Assembly: GCA_040954595.2 (NCBI GenBank)
Contig: CM082578.2
Span: forward strand, 9,657,519 to 9,721,518
DNA length: 64,000 nucleotides
Source of the DNA: Balanoglossus misakiensis
Taxonomy: Eukaryota > Animalia > Hemichordata
Direction: 5' to 3'
The position numbers and the translations under genes are program-made. Numbering within the stretch: position 1 is the first letter of the stretch; each line of letters starts with the position of its first letter. This document shows positions 1-13,400 of the stretch, piece after piece. The notes beneath the pieces are model-generated. The model had not been told where the DNA came from and did not search any database. It saw nothing but the letters and a program-made list of their open reading frames with translations.

Positions 1-228
1 CCAGAAGTTCTGCATCAACCAGCATATGGTATTTTTAACCTATAATAGCTGATGTTTCCATTGTAGTATAGGAAAGTTGCAGGCAGATGATGGGGGACTG
101 CTAGAGTCTGTCAACTTCCATTTTCAGCGAAGTTATTTTTTTGTCATATACAAAGATTCTTTCTGTCTGTAGTTTGGCAAGATTTCAAACACATCCCTTC
201 TAAACCTTGTCAATGTTGCCATCCTCAG

Positions 229-3200
229 GTTTTACGAAACAGACCGACCCAATCAGTGCCTTGCAGTGCTGCAGTATCCGACCGAATTCCATTTCTATGG
301 AAAGGTCTCAGCGGAAGTCATCCAGGGCTGTGTTGAAATCTTGGGGTACAGGATCTCGCCCGGAGAGAGCTTTCCGGTATTCTCTCCGTGCAGCACCTCG
401 GCCATGGTGATGAGAGCAGTCAAGTCAAGTTCAGACGTGCCTCTGGAGAAATTACGAGAGACTCTGCAATCTGTGTTTGCCGACAGTGGCTTGGCAAAGA
501 ATGTTGACCGTGTTATGGACCAGTGTAAGAAACACACAGCCGTTGTATTACTGAAAGCAGTTGAATGCAATGCCGTGGACTATGTCACCAGCTTTGAGTA
601 TTACCACGATTTATTTGACAGGGGTACCACACCATTCAGGGTAAGATTGAATACAATTGAATACTTTATACCCAGTTGGAAAGCTTCTGAATATTTTTGC
701 AATGTGCCAATTACTTTCACAACATGGTCCACCTTTGACCCTATCAAGAACTGATGCAGCAGAAGTGAATTGTGGGGAAAATAAAGATCGGTTAATGGTA
801 ACCAATTTCTTTCTGCCAATGATACTCTGAAAACCAAACCAATCCATGTCCTTTTTCTCCAACAGAATAACACTGCTGCTAATCTCCAGGTGGCATCGTC
901 CATCGGTCTTCACGTGCTCACTGAAGTAGGCAACAGAACCATGGATATAAGTTGGGATATGCGCCGTGTGACAGAAAGTGTTTTGAAGCACCCAGCACAG
1001 CCTCCGGTTATACTGGTGTGTGGAGGAAAGAATGTTGGCAAATCCACCTTCTGTAGATACCTCATCAATTCATTCTTGGACAAGTAAGTTATTGCTGTGA
1101 ATGTTAAGAAAACTTGAGGTTGAATTTGGCTTGTAATGCCAATTTACTTCAACCTGACAAAATGTAGCAAAGGCCTGAGCAGCGTTCTCATGCTTATGAC
1201 ATACAATCATTTTGCCATAAGTAAAGAGCGGTGGCTATAGTTGCTTTGATTACTCTGGGGAGATCACTGAATAAGCGACTGTAGAATCTGATATGTGGCA
1301 CTTTTATATTGCATTATCACAGACAGATTAGTGTTGGATTTTTGGAAGGTGATATCGGCCAGACTGAATTTACGCCATCAAGTGTCATTTCACTGACTGA
1401 AGTAACAGAACCATTACTCGGTAAGTTGAGCTAGGTGACAGAACCTTAAATGCACTATTACTCGGTAAACTACTGGAACTTGATAATAATGTGTTGAAAT
1501 CTGCCTTGATATATTTATTCAGCTCATTCATGCTCTTACTTCTTTTTCAGGTCCACCATTCTCACATGTAACTGAACCCAAATTGTAAGTCTTTACTTCT
1601 TTATATCATTCCATGGCATTTTCTTTGTTATCTCTTTTCATAATATGCATTAATAGATGGTTTTCATTTTAACTTGTCTTATTTCCATGGTTACAGCATG
1701 AGTTTCCTTGGTGATCTGAGTCCCCGAGATGATCCTAAGAGATACATAGAGACTTTTAACTACGTGTTTGAGTCTTACGACAGAAGTTGTGAAAAGCCGC
1801 TGATAGTGAATACTATGGGATGGAATAAAGGTAAATTAAAATCATAGAAGTGCTCGTGTACAGCAGACATTACATGTCTGATGATTTCTGTATTGTAAGA
1901 ATGCCAAGATCCAGATTCAAATGGAAAAAAAAAAAAAAAATTGTCTGTTACCTCAAACTTTTCAAATACCGGTGATGACAAATGGATTAAATGATTGTAA
2001 TACTGGTGTCATCTTATCTCGTTCTGACTGACAGGCATAGGGTTGTGCCTGCTGTTGGATGTCATAAGGCTCGTCAAACCTACACACATCATTCAGTTTG
2101 ACACCCGGTCCCAAGCTAAAAACCTGCCAGTCCTGAGTGATGAGTACCTAAGTGAGAATCCTGGCTGGTGTCTACCAGTGGAACCTGAATTCGAATCTGA
2201 ATCCAAACCTGAATTGATGTTTGTGAATGTCAACACAGACCATGGGTTTTCGTAAGTGTATTTCACTACATGTGTTTGATTGACTGTATCATGGATTATG
2301 ACAAGTTATAATGACACTTTTTTCAAATTTTTATGACAGTCACTAAAGATACATGCATGATATTTCAGTAAAATTAAGTAGTACTACATGCTGCTTACAG
2401 AATAACCCTCATTATCAAATCCTGTTATTAGTGATGGAGAAGCTTTTTAAAACTATGTACCGACCTATGAAAGATTTACCAAAAACGCGAATAATTTATT
2501 CATCTCTATTTCTCACAGGGGTAAATTCAAGGCCATCAATCATAGGGACATGACATTGTTGGCGTATCTCAGTCAGTTGCAACCAGACAACAGCCAAAAG
2601 GTGCCCATACCTCTGCACCACCTGACGCCGTACACGTTACCGTGGAAATCAGTGGCCGTGCACGTTATACATTGTGATGTACCAGCCAGTCAAATCATGT
2701 ACGCTCTAAATGCATCCGTTGTTGCATTGTGTGTGGCTGACAAGTCTGAGGTAAATGTTGTTTTTTAGTGAAATGATTTTTGGCAAACTTAGAGGAAGTT
2801 TTACCCGCCAGATCAGCCCAAAACTTCAAAGATTAACTTACATTAGTTCTTATGTGAATTTTGTGTCCATTCCAGACTGATTTGTGATTTAATCCATTTC
2901 AGATGAAACAAGCACACGCTGCCACAGATCAAGACTTTCCTTTGTTCTTTTCAAAGACCCCAGTCTGCCAATGCCTTGGTTTTGGTAAGTTGTCTAATTC
3001 ACTTTCGATCATAGATCGCACATATCACTGTCTATAGTTATACTGCCCTCAAAGCTTATGAAGGTTGCACTTTTGTTTTTCACCGTCCAAACTATTTTTC
3101 CCAATCCTCACATAGGTGTGGTGAGAGGTATTGATATGTCCAAGAAGTGCTTCTACATTGTAACTCCGGTGGCGGCAGACAAGCTTCCAAAGGTGAATGC

Positions 3201-3569
3201 TCTTCTCAGAGGTGCCATGCCCATCCCCAATGACATCCTACTTCAGGTAAGCTGTTTTTAGCCAAAGATTGTTTTTTGAATCACTGGCAGGAAATCAAAT
3301 GTAGTAGAATGTAAAGGGCATCATTGATCCATAGCTACACTATTCATTGTAAGTTGTTTGCATTTAATTACAACCTTATGCTTTTAATCCCATGATATCC
3401 ACAACCACTGTTTGTGTTAATTCCATGTTTATTACTTTTTTAGGGTAATGTCAGTGCTGATCGACCCTATCTGACCTCTGAGTTTTCGTATGCCATTACT
3501 GGAGCTGGTGCTATCAAGATACGTAAGAATCTACTGAGGAAAAGTATACAACTGAAAGAAAACAAGTAG
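229..3569 (+). CDS. NOL9: Polynucleotide 5'-hydroxyl kinase NOL9 (Clp1/Grc3 family), 5'-partial. Exons 229-640, 866-1083, 1323-1420, 1551-1584, 1697-1830, 2035-2251, 2519-2750, 2903-2984, 3116-3246, 3444-3569
   Basis: Phase-consistent GT-AG splicing gives Walker A CGGKNVGKST, GDIGQTEFTP, GPPFSH, PLIVNTMGW, YALNASVVAL and CLGFGVVRGID...FYIVTPV, the NOL9/Grc3 motif order. Stop TAG at 3567-3569; AATAAA at 3652 and 3825. Confidence 0.95.
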
Positions 3570-6500
3570 TTTTTAGAGACAGATTGGTTCAGTGCATAAA
3601 TTTTTACTGGACTAGCACTCTAATGTCAATATTTTGGAAATATTTGCCAACAATAAATGAATTCTATGAATGTAACTTTACATTTTCCCAGAGATGTCAT
3701 TAAATGTATACAATTCAGTAAAAGAACAAAAAAAGTGAATTTTAATGTTACATGTACTTTGTTATGTGCTGCCATCAGTGTTGATCGAAATGTTTTCGTT
3801 TGTTTTATATAAATGATGAAATGAAATAAAATACAAATACATATTCAAAAAACAAGATGGCCAGTGAACTTGGGTGACAGTAGCATTTACTAAATCGAGC
3901 CTGTTAGATTAACTGCATACACAACCCAGCAGTTATAGCTGGCCAGAAACCCCTAAATAAACTTGTGACATTTTGTACCAGTTGTGACCCAGAATCATAA
4001 AGATTCCTACAGCTATAAGATCAATGCATTTTAGTCCTTTTGTTTAATGGTCCTGAAGTACGTGCTTCATGAAACTCTAATCTTGCCTCTCTTCTATTTA
4101 TAATCTGCGATGACTTCCCCAATGAAATTATATGCACTTTCAACATTTTTAAGTCAATGACATAAACGTCTGTCTTTTGGGGGGACTCCTATTGTCGGAT
4201 GTCTATTCTTAACCCAAAATATGCATGAAAGAGGGTTGTATTCCCAGGAGAGACAGAAAGATGGATAAAATTTGAGGCTTTGTGTTACTTGCAACATGTA
4301 GGAAACTTTAGAAAGTTGTAAGATAAATGGCCCGTAATTTTGGTCCATAATTTTTGTGATGCTTCCAGCTGTTTGCGGGCCACATGAAAGCAGTTTGGTT
4401 TAGTGTATATACAGTAAACTGTTAATGATGTCAGGCCTCAAATGTGGTCAAAACAGGCTCGGGCTTGTTTTCCTCTGTGAATTCATTTCAATAAAAGCAA
4501 CCATAAACAGTGACTGTGATGTCTTGTGTGGATAATTCGAGGTGTCGAAGAGGTCAGATGTTGCGAAGAGGTCGGAGGTTTTGTTGGCTGTGAATGTCTG
4601 AAAACACTCTACTGATAAACACCCGTTACAAGTGAAAGCAAGGTCATGTGAGGTCAACGGGTATTTCTTCAACTTGTCATCAGAACTGTATTTAAAGGTC
4701 CATTTGCTGTAACTAATTTTCTTCAGTTTTTTTTTTAAATATATAAACTAGTTCCTTTTTTCTACTTCCTACACCATGATGAAATGCCCATTCTTCCGCT
4801 TGTCATCAGAGTACAGTCCATGAACGACCAAATTTCCATGTGCCTGAAGGCCATTAAGAACGCCGACTGCGTAAGTTTGTTACATACTCTATGAGGCCTT
4901 AAACTTGGACTTTGATTGGCACTCTCTTGGCAGTGGAATAAAATAATCAGCCAGAAACTCCCTAAGAGAAGAAATAAACAAGAAACATATCTATAAGCCA
5001 GACCAGACTCCATGGAAATAAAACGTATACTTGTTGATTGAGCGACCACACTAGTCATGGAAATAAGATGGGGGAGAAATCATCACGATGTCCTATCAAT
5101 ATCGTTGATGTATGTGTGATGCCGCGAACGCAGATTTTGTTAACGAAGGATAAAAGAATCAAGAACTCTCCGACCGCACAAACTGATAAAACGTATCATG
5201 GCAACACTACGCAGATGCCATGACATTTCAGTGAACACAACACAAATGCACAAACTACGGTATTTAAATTTAACAGCTGCAAGGGGAAATGACGTGAAAT
5301 GAGCATTCCCGGTGATCCACACACCACAGCTGAAAATCTCTCTTACTGATAGATGTGTACGTTTTGGTTCGGAAGAATGACATAAATCTCTGGGACACAG
5401 AGTCGGTGGTTTATTTTTAATTTACAAGTCGTATACAAAATGTAAACACATGAAGTCGGCCTTTTCCACTATTATCAAAAATGAGAATCTTATCTTTCCA
5501 GCTTTTGACTTTAGGGTTTACATAACACGGCGAATCATCCTTAAAATTTGCTTACCCGCACTAACAAGTTCGAATGAGTTTTAATCATTTAATTTGCAAG
5601 ATCACGCGGATGGGTGGATAAGGACAAAGACGGAGTTTAGACCTCGCCCTCATATAATTATAGTTTTGAGATAAAATCGCATGAAACCATAGAAGTGCCT
5701 AATTTGAACTTGCCCGCAGAGAATGCATGTTTGCGGGCATCGACCTCTAGTTCAGAGCGTGTCATCCTATAAGACACATCTAGAGCCAGAATTCATAGTA
5801 TTTGGCATTTACAAATACTTGACTTATTCGACGACCACACCTATTTTGAATTACAACACCGCCATTTCTTGCTAATATTTTAGTAAAAGTGACTGGTTTG
5901 AAGCCCTGGGGGAAATCACGACCTATGACTCATAATCATGCAAAGGAATGGATACTCCAACAGGTCCGGAGCTTAAAATTTGTCGATGGGGCCTTAAGTA
6001 ATAACTTTCGGTTTTACTTCACCCGAGAATCTCTCTATAGGGAAACGTAATTTAGGCACACAAGGAAATGTTACTAAGTATTCTAAAAAAGCCGCAAAAT
6101 TAAAAACACAACGGAAATGTTAACTGGGTGTGGCGTCATCTGCAGGCCACTTAGGCTAGGCTTACGTGTATGTATTTTTAAGTTTTGTATTATTGGATTA
6201 GATTCACTGCCGCGACTTCGCCCCTCAAATACCGTTAATATTTTACTTTTAGCGGGATAAGGTAAAACTTATGAAATTTAATCTATGTCGCAATGTAAAT
6301 ACCTTGAAAAATAATACTAATCAACGCGACGTGACGAATTTAGAAAACGTATGCTCTACCCACAAGTCCCCCAATACGACTTGCCCCCAAAAGTGCGTCA
6401 CAACCTTATTGAAAATAAAATGTTTCAACAAAATTCGTATTGCAATTTGGAGCGTACAAATGTCCCGCAATTTCAAAAGAAAGTTTTTAATTGTTTGTAT

Positions 6501-6989
6501 GTTCGAAGTTTATTTTGTCGGTGCTCAATCTGTGGCACATTTCCGCGAACCAATTTGTACTTTCAAAAAAGAAATTGGATATTGGACATTTTTTTAGTTA
6601 TCAAATGATTAACTTTTAAGGCAAAGGCACGGCCTATCGGTAAATTCTAAATATGAGAAATCGGTATATAAACATATTAAACACTGCTAATGACTGCGGA
6701 TGGCCGAATGGATGGAAGGGCTGAGCTCAATCAACAAGTTTTCCGGCCCAGATTGGACTACACTACGTCCAGGAGTACAAGAAGCACATCAACCAGAAAG
6801 AGCGCCGCTAGCGTTGCGACGATCTCTTGTGAGTATTAGTCTTCTGAAAGCGCATTTATCAATGATAAAACACTTATAAATATTCCAATTTAAAAACAGG
6901 CAGGCCGACGCCCTTGACGCTTTCTTTTTTCTTGAAAAATAATCATAACTGACTGATATTCACTTTATAAACAAATAACCTTGCCTGCC

Positions 6990-7406
6990 CATCACCGGCA
7001 AAAATAAACGAGTGATGCGGCAACCAGCATGGGGTAATTTAACTCCCCCGTGACGTCCGCGCGCGATTGACCAGCTGATGAGGACGCGGACGCTGTGTTC
7101 ATTTCACTCATTTCGGGCGTGGACCATACAGCAGAACGCGTTGGCGCGTGCTTGTAAGTTTCAGGGCGGTGCCAATTTCGCATTTAGACTGTTTCTGCAG
7201 TGGTAGGGTTAAAAAGAAACTTGTTTGTCAGAATTCGCATCCAACTGAAAACTTGGAGGAAAAAAATCATTATTGGAGTGTACGCACGGAGGCGGTAGCG
7301 GATGTCGTTTAGTTGAAGCAGCAGCCACATCCACGAAACAGTGAGGAAGGAAGAACACTGTCACTAAATATTTGGTAAAATTTTGTATACCGGCGCAGAC
7401 GACAAG
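6990..7406 (+). promoter_or_regulatory. CpG-rich promoter/5'UTR of the podocalyxin-like gene
   Basis: Local CpG enrichment (gtgacgtccgcgcgcg, a CRE-like TGACGTC at ~7051, CCAAT at ~7172) directly upstream of the signal-peptide exon. Confidence 0.5.
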
Positions 7407-10400
7407 ATGAAGTACTATTTGCAAGTGCTCACAGGGGTTTTGCTAGCTGTACTTACAGGTAAGAGATGGAGACCATGAAAACTATCGATGTTCCCGCGCT
7501 GTTGATAGACAGATAGTTTAAAATTGTGCTGTGAACGACAGGGGAGATGTAAATTGCAAACGGGGAAGCCATGTTGGAAAATATTGCACGAAGTTTTTCC
7601 GAAGTGTATATAAAATATATGGTATAAACTTCCTGTGTCCGTTAAAATCAGCCTACCAACAATATACTTCCCGGACAATACTTGTAGTAATCCGATGCAC
7701 CGGTGTGTCGATAAGAAAAGGCCAATATCGTAGGTCATGAGTCGATTGGGAATCACGTTCTCCGATGGGAACTGAGACTGAGGAGATGAGAGTACAACTG
7801 TTGAAGGCACATTTTAGAATATCAAAAATTTAAATTAAATTATTGCACAAAAGGGCATTTTGTTGTCTTCTGGCACTGCCATCAAGCACAGGCGTCTATT
7901 TAGAAGCGATTTTAAAAAAATGCCCGTGCCTTTATAAAAACTTATAGTCGCCTACATATGAACAAAACCCGGCCCGAGAAATTGCACTACAAAACCAAAA
8001 CGGAGCACAAAGTTTCTTGAAAATTGCGATGTTTATTTTGTAATTTACACGGTCAATGTTCACTTTCGAATACTTTTTCAACAAATATTTCAATTACTGT
8101 GACAAGAAAAAGTATGCAGTTTAGTGTACTGACGTGAGCGTCACAAACCAGCGAGAGTCCGATGACCTGAACTTGACTCGTACCCTGGTCACATCGCGCG
8201 CACGGTGTGACGTAAGTTGTCAGTCATTCCTAGGATAACATTGACCCCTACAATGGTGATGTTGATATATGGATTGTTTCTTACCCGAAGGATGACACAT
8301 GGTGGCATTGGCGTTGACATTCCCCCTCACTGGTTTAACTGACACTGTCAGTGTGACATCAACATATCAAAATACTAAGGTCACAATGATAGAATTTACA
8401 ACCCCCCACCCAACAGTCAGTAGTGATAAAACAATGTTTATGTAGGACATGAAGGATGTATATATGCTCAAAAGTGGTACTGTTGCCATAGGTGATAGGA
8501 TGCAAGACTTAGGAGAGACAAACTGACCATTGACTATCACTTATGATGTATCATGTGTGTTGTACACAGAGATTTGAGCAATGTCTTAAAGTTATTGGTG
8601 ACAATTGGGTGGACAGAAAAAAAAGTGCAGTGATGTGATTCAAACTCTTGAAAAAGCTTCATTGGCATGTGAAGTGAAGAAAGTTAGTTCTGCCCAAACA
8701 GCTGGATTTCATATATCCAGACTTGCAGGAAGAAAGATGACCCAACACCCGGTACTACATTTGTATAAATCATCCTGAGACAGATTTTTTCCCTATGCTG
8801 TCACTGCCCAGCTTTGAACATTTGAACTTTAGGGAATGCACACCGGGAATCTTTCCCATAATAACTATCAGGAACAACAACTGAAAATGTGCCATTTTGT
8901 TCACATTGAAGTTATACCGCATCCAAGTTCACATGCCAAGTACACTGTATTTACTCAAATCCTCGGTTGGTGGTATGGTTCTTGACTTGGTGAAGGCTAA
9001 CCTACAACCACATTATTATATCTGATCTGGAAAAAGGTCAATTATCAATATTTTATATAAAGTTATCAAACTTGTGGTCACCAACTTAATAAATTGTGGG
9101 AAAATATTGTTTTGAACCACTGTTCTTTTTTTTCTTGAAGGACATATAATTATATACAGTGAAGACAACATGGTGGTTTCATTATGTTCGATGGACATGA
9201 TGAGATAAATGTTCTGCACATTCCGCCACTCTATTGATTAATTGCATTTATCACAAGACATCCTTGGTGTCTGATGAGAAATTTCAGCCAATATTTTAGT
9301 GTCAAATGATTTTATTTTTAGCATACAGTGTCTAATTTAACTTAAACTATAACTGCCTCTGAGTACAAGAAAACAAAATTACATACATTTTATGATTTAA
9401 TTTCTCGGGGACTGGTAAAATCTGGTGAGAGCAGACGTGTCACTATATCAGTTTATGCACTTGTAACTGAAATCTGGTAAGTCTGAGATCTGTGCCACTG
9501 CTGTCATTTCAGTGGCGTCAAATTAATATAAGATTGTTGATGTTTAAGAATAGCAGGCGGATTGAATGATCAAGATACGAAATCCAACCCGTCTACTTCA
9601 GTATTTTAAGCGTGTGTGAATTATTTAATGAGGGGATAAAGTATACAGTTCAAGTTTTGGTTTTCTAGCTGTGGTAGGTATTAAGGGGAATTCTATTATT
9701 ACATTTTCTTTGAGTTGGTGAGACCCTTCTTCTGGGGCCGTGAATAATTCAAAGCATGTTCTACGCAAATGCATCTAAAAGAATTTTTGACCTCAAACCC
9801 TCGCCTCCCCAAACAAAAGTTTAGAGATGCAAAAATCCAACAAAGAATTACATTTGTACATGGCACCTTCCTCATAGCTATTCTTACCTGATCATATTAT
9901 TGCACAATTATTTAATTGGAAGTGTTTTTAGTCATTTAGAAAAAAGAGCATTAAAATGAATATATGCCCAAAAAGATTTGCTGGAAACTGATTTCATGTA
10001 CTGACTTTGGATCCTTGGAGAACAACTGATTTGATATGGGGGGTATCAGATCTCCAGCATGACATTCCAAAGGATTGATCTGGGTCATAACCTTGTTGGG
10101 TGGGGCAGTTGTTGCACATTGCCTTCCCTATGGGATTGTAATGACCTTGTTTTATTGCCTTGGGGTCAAAGCCTGTCCTCAAGTTCACTTTGAATACGTG
10201 AAACATGGAAAGTTTGTGTGACCTGTTATTAAAAATTTATTAGCCTATCATAATGTGTCGTTGACAGAAATTTACTATGTCATGTTTACTATTTACATTA
10301 CAATAACGGTAGAACAATGAAAATATTTCAATAGGGCTTCCCATTTCTACCAGAAGAGCATATGGAAAATTTCATTCAACTTTGCTAATAGACTGTGATT

Positions 10401-13400
10401 GTAGCACAATACTAATAGTGAGTTCACACAAGATTTGTCTTGCCTGGGGATGATCTGTCTGTGTAGGAAATGTACATGTCAGAATGATAAATATTTAAAT
10501 AAATGACATCTGCCTGCTTATTGATGGAAAGGTATTGTACAACAGTGGTGAGATATGCATGTAAGGAATTAATTGCATACAAATATGAAGAGGATTTTTT
10601 TACAAGAAAGATCATGTGATATCTGCAAATGATTTTGTTATACACTGTATTTTAAAAACATTTTGAGTTAGTTTATAAGAAAATGTAAGAAATATGCTAA
10701 TATAAACTGTTTTCTTTTCAAACTACGACTCTCTTTAGGCAGACTCTGATCACACCCTAACCTGGGGCCCTTGAGTACACACTATATATATGATATGGAC
10801 TAATGATTTCCTCAGTTGCAAGAATAATTAGCGACTGTAACATGAATGCAGTAAGAAATGCTTATAATTGTTCAAGTGAAATTGTTTTCAAGTGATATAG
10901 GCAATTTGATATTAACAGAAACATCTCTATCAATCCTACATTGTCAGTACACCAACTTATGTGCAGGAAAACAGTGTATATAGTTAACGTTTTAGTTTGT
11001 ATTCTTATACATTCTTATATCTGTCAGTCGGGGTTTCTGGTGAAATTCAATATACTCCGAAGTCTTTTTATGTGTACTGCCTTGTATTTTCTCCATGATT
11101 AAAACACCCTGTGGCCTGGCATGTTAAAAGGTCAGTGGTTTGCTTATAATAGAATCTCAGCTTAAGGCACTGGCTATCACTTATCAGTTTTACATGGCTG
11201 TATTTCCACAAACAGTCTGTGCAGTTATTTGTGTAGTCAGTGCTAAGCTTTGGAATGATACACTTAGTGTACATGTATGTATCTGAAAAGAAGGGCAAAG
11301 TGGTAAACTCTGTAACTAGTTGTGATGCTTATAAAGTTCACATGCAAAAATGTTGTGCCATTATCTGTAGAAGAGAGGAAAGACAGATCAATGAAAGATT
11401 GTTAGTGTAAAAGTTTGAATACATGATGTTGAAAGGAGTGATGGTCAGAAATCTCTACACATTTTTTTGGCATAGAGACATGATTTAGTTGCATCAACTT
11501 GAATGTATTACTTGCAGTTTTAATAGTTTATAGAGAGTAATTCTTTGTTGAAATTAAATTAATAATTCAGTTGAGTTAAATACAATTATAAATTTTGAGT
11601 ATAGGAGAATACCTTGAGGTAATCATGGTGTAACATTCAAGTGTATTTTGACCAAAGGGTATCAATCTGTCTCTGACAAACTGAAATAAGGTAAAGATGT
11701 ACGAATATGTGATAGTTTTATAATTACATTAACATGTTACTAAATGTAGCTTTTCTGTAATTGTAAGACTGTTGACCATTCAAGGCTTTTAGACAGGGCG
11801 ATATAAAATTATGTTTAAGTATGATTCTAGACGGAATACACAAATATACACATAGATATTGAAATATACATGTCTTTGACATAAACATTTGTGTGCTAAA
11901 AGTACTTGCTAGCGTTTCATATCATGGTCAGTTTATCTTGCATTGTGGGAGAAAATGAAGTGAAAGTGTGAAGGATGGGAGTGACTGAGGATGTCACTGT
12001 TTTGCAATTTATTGATACTAGATGGAAACTGCAAAAGGCAATTGAGTTAAAATTGACTGGCATTTGTTTGCCAAGAGGGTCATTTCCTTGACTACATGTA
12101 CACATAAACTACACGCCCACACACTCATGTACGGCAGATTGCAACGCACAGATCTTCTCTTGCAACATGTGTCCAGACACCGATAGTACAAGACTCTTCC
12201 GCGATCTACACCATGTTGTCAACGATCTCTGCTCAGGACAAGGAAAAATCAATTGTGCACGGTTCACTGTCTGTAAGACTTGACAAATGTTAGGTCATCT
12301 AAGGGTAGCGTGTGTAATCTGTTCCTCATTTGCAGTGGAAATTGTATACTCTGGAGAAAGGTCACAAGTTTGGGCCGGCACTCATTGTTTTTATCTGTGC
12401 AGGCTGCAAGGTTCCATTCATCTCTAATAGTAAAACTCACGCATCAGTTTGATCAGGGAAATCATACACTTGCTGAAGTTGATGAATCTGAAGAAGTTTC
12501 TTTTTAGTACTTGGCACATTTTGATAATGTAGATCTGGAGTCTATGCCACTTGCAGTCGGTGGACAGAGACAAAAATGGTGATTAACAGAGTTTGACAGC
12601 ACCCAAAGTGAAATATGTTCTTATACATAATAGTTTATACACATTGTAGGATGTGGCCCTGTCTAAAAATATCTTCTTTTACAAGTAAATGCCGATTGTC
12701 TTGGTAAAGAGTAAAATTGGCATACATACATGTTAATGATACTCAGAATATCATGTGCGGCCGTGTTGGCTCTGCATACCATAGTTGTGATGTCATTGAA
12801 AAACCTTGCATATTCAAGCTAAAGTTTTGTGGCAATTGCTCTCAGATTATACCGTAGTACTAACCCTTGCAATAGAAAGGTTTTCTCACAACTTTACCGT
12901 GGAGTTTAACAAGTAAAATCCATGTTTAAAATTGATTTCAGGAGACTTGAAGACATATCAACAATGGTTGCTACAGTCATTTAATTTCATATACAGACTT
13001 CGTTGACAAGTGGAATACAGAGCTTTTGGTTTTGGTTTTGAAAGTAAAACATCATACTGCAGTTGACACACACCAAAAATAACCGAAAAAATATCAAATG
13101 TTATAGATGGCCTTTTTAACATTTAATTTTTTTAATGCGAGCTTTTCATGGTCGACATTCGGGAAGGGACTTTTGTTTAAAGTTAACGGACAACTTTAAT
13201 GTTGGCGGACATTTTCAGTTTCTCCTCAATCTTTTGGTTTATCTTGTTTATCAGGGCGAGGCACATTTCTTGCCAATACTTCTGTAATTTATGTCTTCGC
13301 CCTGGTCAAGTACGTGCTGCAGATGACAACAGCTGGAAGGACCTTAAAGGTGACGTCATAGCTCGAAATGTAAACTCCAGTCAACTGCTATGTGTTGTGG

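Noticed and set aside
1192-1277. gcttat...ctga ataagc stem resembling a snoRNA or SECIS
   Set aside because: No canonical box C, and the intronic position is incompatible with a SECIS.
1970-2030. Possible C/D box snoRNA in a NOL9 intron (GTGATGA ... CTGA)
   Set aside because: The CTGA coincides with the branch/acceptor region, the terminal stem is weak, and only ~8 nt of rRNA complementarity is visible.
5500-6650. CpG-containing AT-rich intergenic stretch, possibly a decayed transposon, with two ORFs at 6271-6608
   Set aside because: No terminal repeats or protein motifs could be defined by eye; a repeat-library search would be needed.
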